This document shows positions 58,195 through 62,342 of a stretch of 62,342 nucleotides of DNA, piece by piece. Below the pieces are notes generated by a model that saw only the letters and a program-made list of their open reading frames with translations, searched no databases and was not told where the DNA came from. The DNA is taken from positions 1 to 62,342 of the forward strand of contig CAYOTC010000004.1 of the NCBI GenBank assembly GCA_964406815.1. The letters run 5' to 3'. Every line of letters begins with the position of its first letter. Position 1 is the stretch's first letter. The DNA is from an uncultured Bdellovibrionales bacterium. Its GTDB lineage: Bacteria > Patescibacteriota > Minisyncoccia > Moranbacterales > UBA2206. The translations under genes were made by a program, and so were the position numbers.

Positions 58195-58692
58195 ATGGAA
58201 ATGATGAGAATTATATTTTTTAGCATATTTATTATAATTTTAATTATTGTTGGAGTGGAGATTTTTTCAGGGACCAGAAAACGAAACCTGAAAATATTAA
58301 AATCTTTTATAGAGGCTGAAAAAGGTGAGATTGAAAGTAGGATCAAGGAAGTTATTATAAAACTGGGGAAAATAGTTTTAGAAAATGGTTTTTCCTTAAA
58401 CGAAACAGGAGAAGTTTTTCAAAATTGGGCTAAGATAAACATGGGGAAAAAACCATTTTCTGTTTACACAGCAAAAGAGGTTTTCTCTAGGATGAAAAAA
58501 ATCTTATCGGATTCTGACTTGAATAAGCTTATCGTTTATGCGGAAATTCTTTTGGATAAGTTTCAAAAATATTCCAATGTTGTTTATGGTTCAAGGAAAG
58601 AGCTTAGAGAAGCTGGGAAAGAATTGGAAAGAAATATTTCCAGCTGGGAATTTATTTCCAGCGAACTGGATAAAAAAATAAAGGAGGAGTAG
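58195..58692 (+). CDS. membrane-anchored hypothetical protein
   Basis: 165 aa. N-terminal TM helix followed by a helical, charged region. Confidence 0.45.
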   Translation: MEMMRIIFFSIFIIILIIVGVEIFSGTRKRNLKILKSFIEAEKGEIESRIKEVIIKLGKIVLENGFSLNETGEVFQNWAKINMGKKPFSVYTAKEVFSRMKKILSDSDLNKLIVYAEILLDKFQKYSNVVYGSRKELREAGKELERNISSWEFISSELDKKIKEE

Positions 58693-58695
58693 TAA

Positions 58696-59004
58696 ATGAA
58701 TATTTTTATAGTAATTTTCTGTATTGGTTTAGCGGCCTTGTTTATATGTTTAAAAAACAGGCGGAGAAGTTTGGAGAAGAACTTGGAAAAGGTTAAAGCT
58801 TCAAAAGATAGTAGGAAAAGCTTGAAAGATTTTGCATATAATGCAGAACATCTTTTGAAGATTTTTTCCAAAATAAAGAATGACTCCAAAAATAACATTT
58901 TGGAGAAAGCGGAAAAAATAAAATTTAACTTAGTCAACTGGAAGATAATATTGGCTAAGCTAGACGATTATAATAGTATTTTTTCCAAAAAACAACAAAT
59001 TTAA
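58696..59004 (+). CDS. membrane-anchored hypothetical protein
   Basis: 102 aa. N-terminal TM helix followed by a K/E-rich helical region. Its start is 4 nt after the previous stop. Confidence 0.45.
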   Translation: MNIFIVIFCIGLAALFICLKNRRRSLEKNLEKVKASKDSRKSLKDFAYNAEHLLKIFSKIKNDSKNNILEKAEKIKFNLVNWKIILAKLDDYNSIFSKKQQI

Positions 59005-59027
59005 TTTTTCTTGTTTTTTGGAAATCG

Positions 59028-59068
59028 AGAACCTTTTGGGGATTATCCCCGAAAGGTTCTATTTTTTT
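59028..59068 (+). terminator. rho-independent terminator
   Basis: 14-bp stem agaaccttttgggg / ccccgaaaggttct, a 5-nt loop, then ATTTTTTT. Confidence 0.8.
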
Positions 59069-59126
59069 GGCTAGCGGGATATTTTGTAGTATGATTTATA
59101 GGCAATCAATATGTTAATAAAAAAAT

Positions 59127-59672
59127 ATGGAATTTATCAAAACAAAATTCAAAGATGCCTATTTGATTAAGCCCCAAGTTTTCAAAGACGAACGCGGTTT
59201 TTTTCTTGAATCTTATTCGAGAAAAATATTTTTTGAAAATGGGATAGAGGCTGATTTTATCCAGGATAACCATTCGAAATCTTTGAAGAAAGGAGTCTTG
59301 CGAGGGCTACATTTTCAAAATCCTCCAATGGCACAAGCAAAATTAGTCAGGGTGACAAAAGGAACTGTTTTGGATGTTATTATAGATATACGAAAAAACT
59401 CAGAAACTTTTGGGCAATGGCAGGGTTTCGAGCTTTCGGCAGAAAATTTTTCAATGCTTTTTGTCCCGCGCGGTTTTGCTCATGGATTTTTAACACTGGA
59501 AGATAATACTGAATTTCAATACAAATGTGATAACTATTATTCCAAAGAGCATGAAGGCGGAATAATTTGGAATGATCCTGCTTTAAATATAAATTGGACG
59601 GTTGAAAGTCCTATTTTGTCAGAAAAAGATAGAATACTTCCTGAATTTTCTGATTTGAATCCATTATTTTAA
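59127..59672 (+). CDS. rfbC: dTDP-4-dehydrorhamnose 3,5-epimerase
   Basis: 181 aa. FKDERGFFLESY, LRGLHFQ, AKLVRV..G.V.DV..D.R, PRGFAHGF. Confidence 0.9.
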   Translation: MEFIKTKFKDAYLIKPQVFKDERGFFLESYSRKIFFENGIEADFIQDNHSKSLKKGVLRGLHFQNPPMAQAKLVRVTKGTVLDVIIDIRKNSETFGQWQGFELSAENFSMLFVPRGFAHGFLTLEDNTEFQYKCDNYYSKEHEGGIIWNDPALNINWTVESPILSEKDRILPEFSDLNPLF

Positions 59673-59701
59673 CTCAATTAATCATTTAATATTAATTATT
59701 T

Positions 59702-60715
59702 ATGAAAATATTAGTCACCGGCGGAGCGGGATTTATCGGATCGAATTTCATCCGACATATCCTTAAAAAATATCCGGATTATGAAATTATCAATTTTGAC
59801 ACGCTGACTTATGCGGGAAATTTAGAAAACCTGAATGACATTGAAAAACTGCCAAATTATAAATTCATAAAAGGCGATATAACCGATGAATCTATTGTTG
59901 AAAAAACTATTTCAGAGGAAAAGCCTGATATTATCGTTCATTTTGCGGCGGAAAGCCATGTCGACCGCTCTATTTTGGGTCCGGGAGCTTTCATAAGAAC
60001 CAATGTTTTGGGAACTTTTAATCTTCTTCAAAGCGCGCGTAATAATGGAAATATCCGTTTCCATCATATTTCGACCGATGAAGTTTTCGGTTCATTGGAG
60101 ATGAATGATAAGCCTTTTAGTGAAACTACGCCTTATGATCCCAGAAGTCCCTATAGCGCTTCCAAAGCTTCTTCTGATCATTTGGTTCGAGCTTACTTCC
60201 ATACTTTTGCCTTGCCGATAACTATTTCTAATTGTTCCAATAATTACGGCCCGTTTATGTTTCCGGAAAAATTTTTTCCACTGGCTATCACTAATCTGAT
60301 AGAGGGGAAAAAAGTTCCCATATACGGCACGGGAAAAAATATTCGCGACTGGCTTCATGTCAGCGACCATTGTGAAGCGGTCGATCTCATTATCCATAAG
60401 GGAAAAATAGGGGAAACTTATTGTATTGGAGGAAATTGTGAAAAAGATAATCTCAGTGCTGCCAAAAAAATTCTTGAATTTATGGGAAAAGATGAAGAAG
60501 TGATTGAATATGTTGGAGATAGAAAGGGACATGATTTGCGCTATGCCATAGATGCAATGAAGATAAAAAAAGAACTCGGTTGGGAACCGAGGATGTCATT
60601 TGAAAATGGTCTTTATGAGATGATCGAATGGTATAAAAACAACCAGTCTTGGTGGAAAAAAATCAAATCTGGGGAATATCTTAAATATTACGAAGAAAAC
60701 TATGGTCCAAAATAA
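59702..60715 (+). CDS. rfbB: dTDP-glucose 4,6-dehydratase
   Basis: 337 aa. MKILVTGGAGFIGSNF, HFAAESHVDRS, STDEVFG, YSASKASSDHLV. Confidence 0.92.
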   Translation: MKILVTGGAGFIGSNFIRHILKKYPDYEIINFDTLTYAGNLENLNDIEKLPNYKFIKGDITDESIVEKTISEEKPDIIVHFAAESHVDRSILGPGAFIRTNVLGTFNLLQSARNNGNIRFHHISTDEVFGSLEMNDKPFSETTPYDPRSPYSASKASSDHLVRAYFHTFALPITISNCSNNYGPFMFPEKFFPLAITNLIEGKKVPIYGTGKNIRDWLHVSDHCEAVDLIIHKGKIGETYCIGGNCEKDNLSAAKKILEFMGKDEEVIEYVGDRKGHDLRYAIDAMKIKKELGWEPRMSFENGLYEMIEWYKNNQSWWKKIKSGEYLKYYEENYGPK

Positions 60716-60721
60716 TAAATC

Positions 60722-62218
60722 TTACCCGCCAAGTCCTAGGAGGGGAATGTTTTCCGGGAATGTTATATAATTTATTTTTCCGTTATCGGAAGAATCAGTG
60801 AAGAAGAGTTTTTCGATAGCATGGTCATAAATCACAAAAGAGTTTTCTATATCTGTGGATATTATGTCGAGACAATTTCTTTTATCCCTCGAATCCAATT
60901 CGATTATTTTTGTCTGTTTTCCGGAGCTGAAAATTATGTGTTCATAGTCTTTGAACCATTGCACATTTTTTAACGTTTCGGAATAACGAGTAATATTGTG
61001 AAGTTCGTTTTCGTTTCTGATTGGCTGGACCAGCCAATTTTTCATATAATATACGGAAATTTCATTATTGGTCCAAAAAAGAAGTTTTTTTCCATCATCG
61101 GAAAAATGAGTGCCTTCCACGCCGCTTCCTATTTTTTTGAAATATTCATTATTCTCTCCTCGATTAAAAACGAAGAGTTTTTTATTTTCTTCTAAAAAAG
61201 ATATTCGATTCTCGTCATAAACAACCAGACGCTTGATTTTTTTTGATTCTTCCGGGAAATAGTTTGTTATTTGTTGCTGTTCTGAAATATTTCTAATGTT
61301 TTTGGAAAAAACTATATTTTCAGGAGTTTTAGTGAAATAAATTTTAGTTTTGGAAAGATCATAAGCGGATACATCTTCGGCGATTACTTTGAGAGTGGCA
61401 CTGTTATTGATATTTCCCCCATAGAGATTGTTTTCACTCAAGAAAAAGAGCGCGCCTTTTTCTTCCGGATCCCAGCGGACATTTTTAATTGATGCTTTTT
61501 GGAAAAAATCATTGATATTTATGATTTTTCCAGTCTTTATTTCTATAGAAAAATAAACATTATTTTCGATATTTTCTGAATTTTCAGCAAGACCATTTTC
61601 CAGATTATTTTTTGAAAAAGTTGGAACGGAAATGAATTCTTCTTTTGGCGACCATTCTATATTTTCTTTCTCATCTTCACTTATAAGTTTTTTTTCTGGA
61701 ATAAAAAATGTTTTTTTAGAGTTACTATTCTCCATACTGACAATTTCTATTTTCAGATTTTTCAAAGAATTATCAGAAAAAGCAATTAATCTGTTTTCCG
61801 GAGACAAATAGAATCTTTGAGCATTTTCAGTGCCGGAGATCGGAATTTTTTCATAATTTTTCCTTGTCAGGATTATATTCCAAAATTCTGTGGCTAATCC
61901 GCTGTGAACATAAACTTTCTTGCTCCAGGAATTAAATTCCGGAGCGGAAATTTCCAAATCATAATTTCCCGGCAAAAGTCCGGTTAAATTAAAAGATCTG
62001 TTGATTCGATTTATCCGATTGCTTTCCTTGTTTACTCCATTTAAAGTGGTTCTGATATTTTGGGGGTTGGATTTGAATGTTATTGTTCCGCTATGAACAA
62101 ATATTCCCTTTTTCCAATCAAATCTGTATCCGGTAGAATAGAGAACGAGGGTTGGAGCAACGATTATAAAAACAAGGACAAGCGTCCAGAAAAGTAAACT
62201 TCTTTTGAATTTTTCCAT
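60722..62218 (-). CDS. membrane-anchored PEGA-like domain protein with a beta-propeller-like C-terminal region
   Basis: 498 aa. TM anchor and a PEGA-like segment (FKSNPQNIRTTLNGV...LLPGNYDLEISAPEFNSWSKKVYV). The remainder is a long beta-rich region. Assignment is by resemblance only. Confidence 0.5.
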   Translation of the reverse strand: MEKFKRSLLFWTLVLVFIIVAPTLVLYSTGYRFDWKKGIFVHSGTITFKSNPQNIRTTLNGVNKESNRINRINRSFNLTGLLPGNYDLEISAPEFNSWSKKVYVHSGLATEFWNIILTRKNYEKIPISGTENAQRFYLSPENRLIAFSDNSLKNLKIEIVSMENSNSKKTFFIPEKKLISEDEKENIEWSPKEEFISVPTFSKNNLENGLAENSENIENNVYFSIEIKTGKIININDFFQKASIKNVRWDPEEKGALFFLSENNLYGGNINNSATLKVIAEDVSAYDLSKTKIYFTKTPENIVFSKNIRNISEQQQITNYFPEESKKIKRLVVYDENRISFLEENKKLFVFNRGENNEYFKKIGSGVEGTHFSDDGKKLLFWTNNEISVYYMKNWLVQPIRNENELHNITRYSETLKNVQWFKDYEHIIFSSGKQTKIIELDSRDKRNCLDIISTDIENSFVIYDHAIEKLFFTDSSDNGKINYITFPENIPLLGLGG

Positions 62219-62342
62219 AACTAGATATTAGCCATTTTTGGATTTTTTGTCCAGTAAAAGTATTTTTATGGGTATATTTTTTAGCCTTGAAGAAGATGAG
62301 ATACATAGGTAACACTATGGATTTAGTAAAATTAAAGGATTT

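Noticed and set aside
1-62342. Alternative genetic code (UGA recoding), as in some CPR lineages.
   Set aside because: Conserved genes are full length with the standard code, and TGA terminates trmD at the expected position.
1-62342. Mobile elements, CRISPR-Cas, restriction-modification, toxin-antitoxin or other defence systems, and tRNA genes.
   Set aside because: I recognised no transposase, integrase, Cas, methylase, nuclease or paired small-ORF signatures in any frame. No T-loop-like GGTTCGAATCC motifs were noticed in the intergenic regions. This is a visual scan only, so tRNAscan and defence-finder runs would be needed to exclude them.

Overview
This is an AT-rich, gene-dense 62.3 kb fragment. 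From 1 to about 52 kb every convincing gene but one lies on the + strand. By inference only, the gene content fits a small-genome, Patescibacteria/CPR-like bacterium using the standard code: compact housekeeping operons, DUF4012 proteins, many membrane-anchored orphan proteins, and TGA used as a stop.

Contents in order:
- A partial cell-wall (dcw-like) block: trmD, ftsW, murG, an orphan repeat protein, murC, murB, hpf-like.
- Three paralogous Cys-module secreted proteins.
- secA, a broken yjjX-like gene, an ASCH gene, secD, secF.
- pheS, pheT, valS, then RNase P RNA.
- Surface-glycan cluster 1: priming transferase, three GT4 genes, a mini-Wzz, a 978-aa DUF4012 protein, murJ.
- lepA, then a small accessory islet: a SET-domain ORF and the only reverse-strand gene in the first 52 kb.
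- ftsB-like, a parvulin, a ferredoxin, htrA, clpB, and a dead htrA paralog.
- A set of envelope proteins: a lipoprotein, a LysM protein, a PCP-like protein, a beta-helix protein, and a Cys-rich lipoprotein-like protein.
- Glycan cluster 2: GT4, Wzy/O-antigen-ligase-like, mini-Wzz, GT2, DUF4012, rmlC, rmlB, followed by a PEGA-type protein.

I found no CRISPR array, transposase, integrase, recognisable defence system or tRNA. I cannot point to a clear-cut new multi-gene system.

The best candidates for a second look are:
- A lipoprotein + LysM operon whose second product has a beta-barrel-like C-terminal half.
- A parvulin module embedded in the SecD periplasmic domain.
- A four-fold tandem-repeat protein inserted between murG and murC.
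- A catalytically dead HtrA paralog.
- Three genes with frameshift or start-codon defects.
- A recurring leaderless-type promoter geometry.

All family assignments come from motif recognition by eye. No searches were run.
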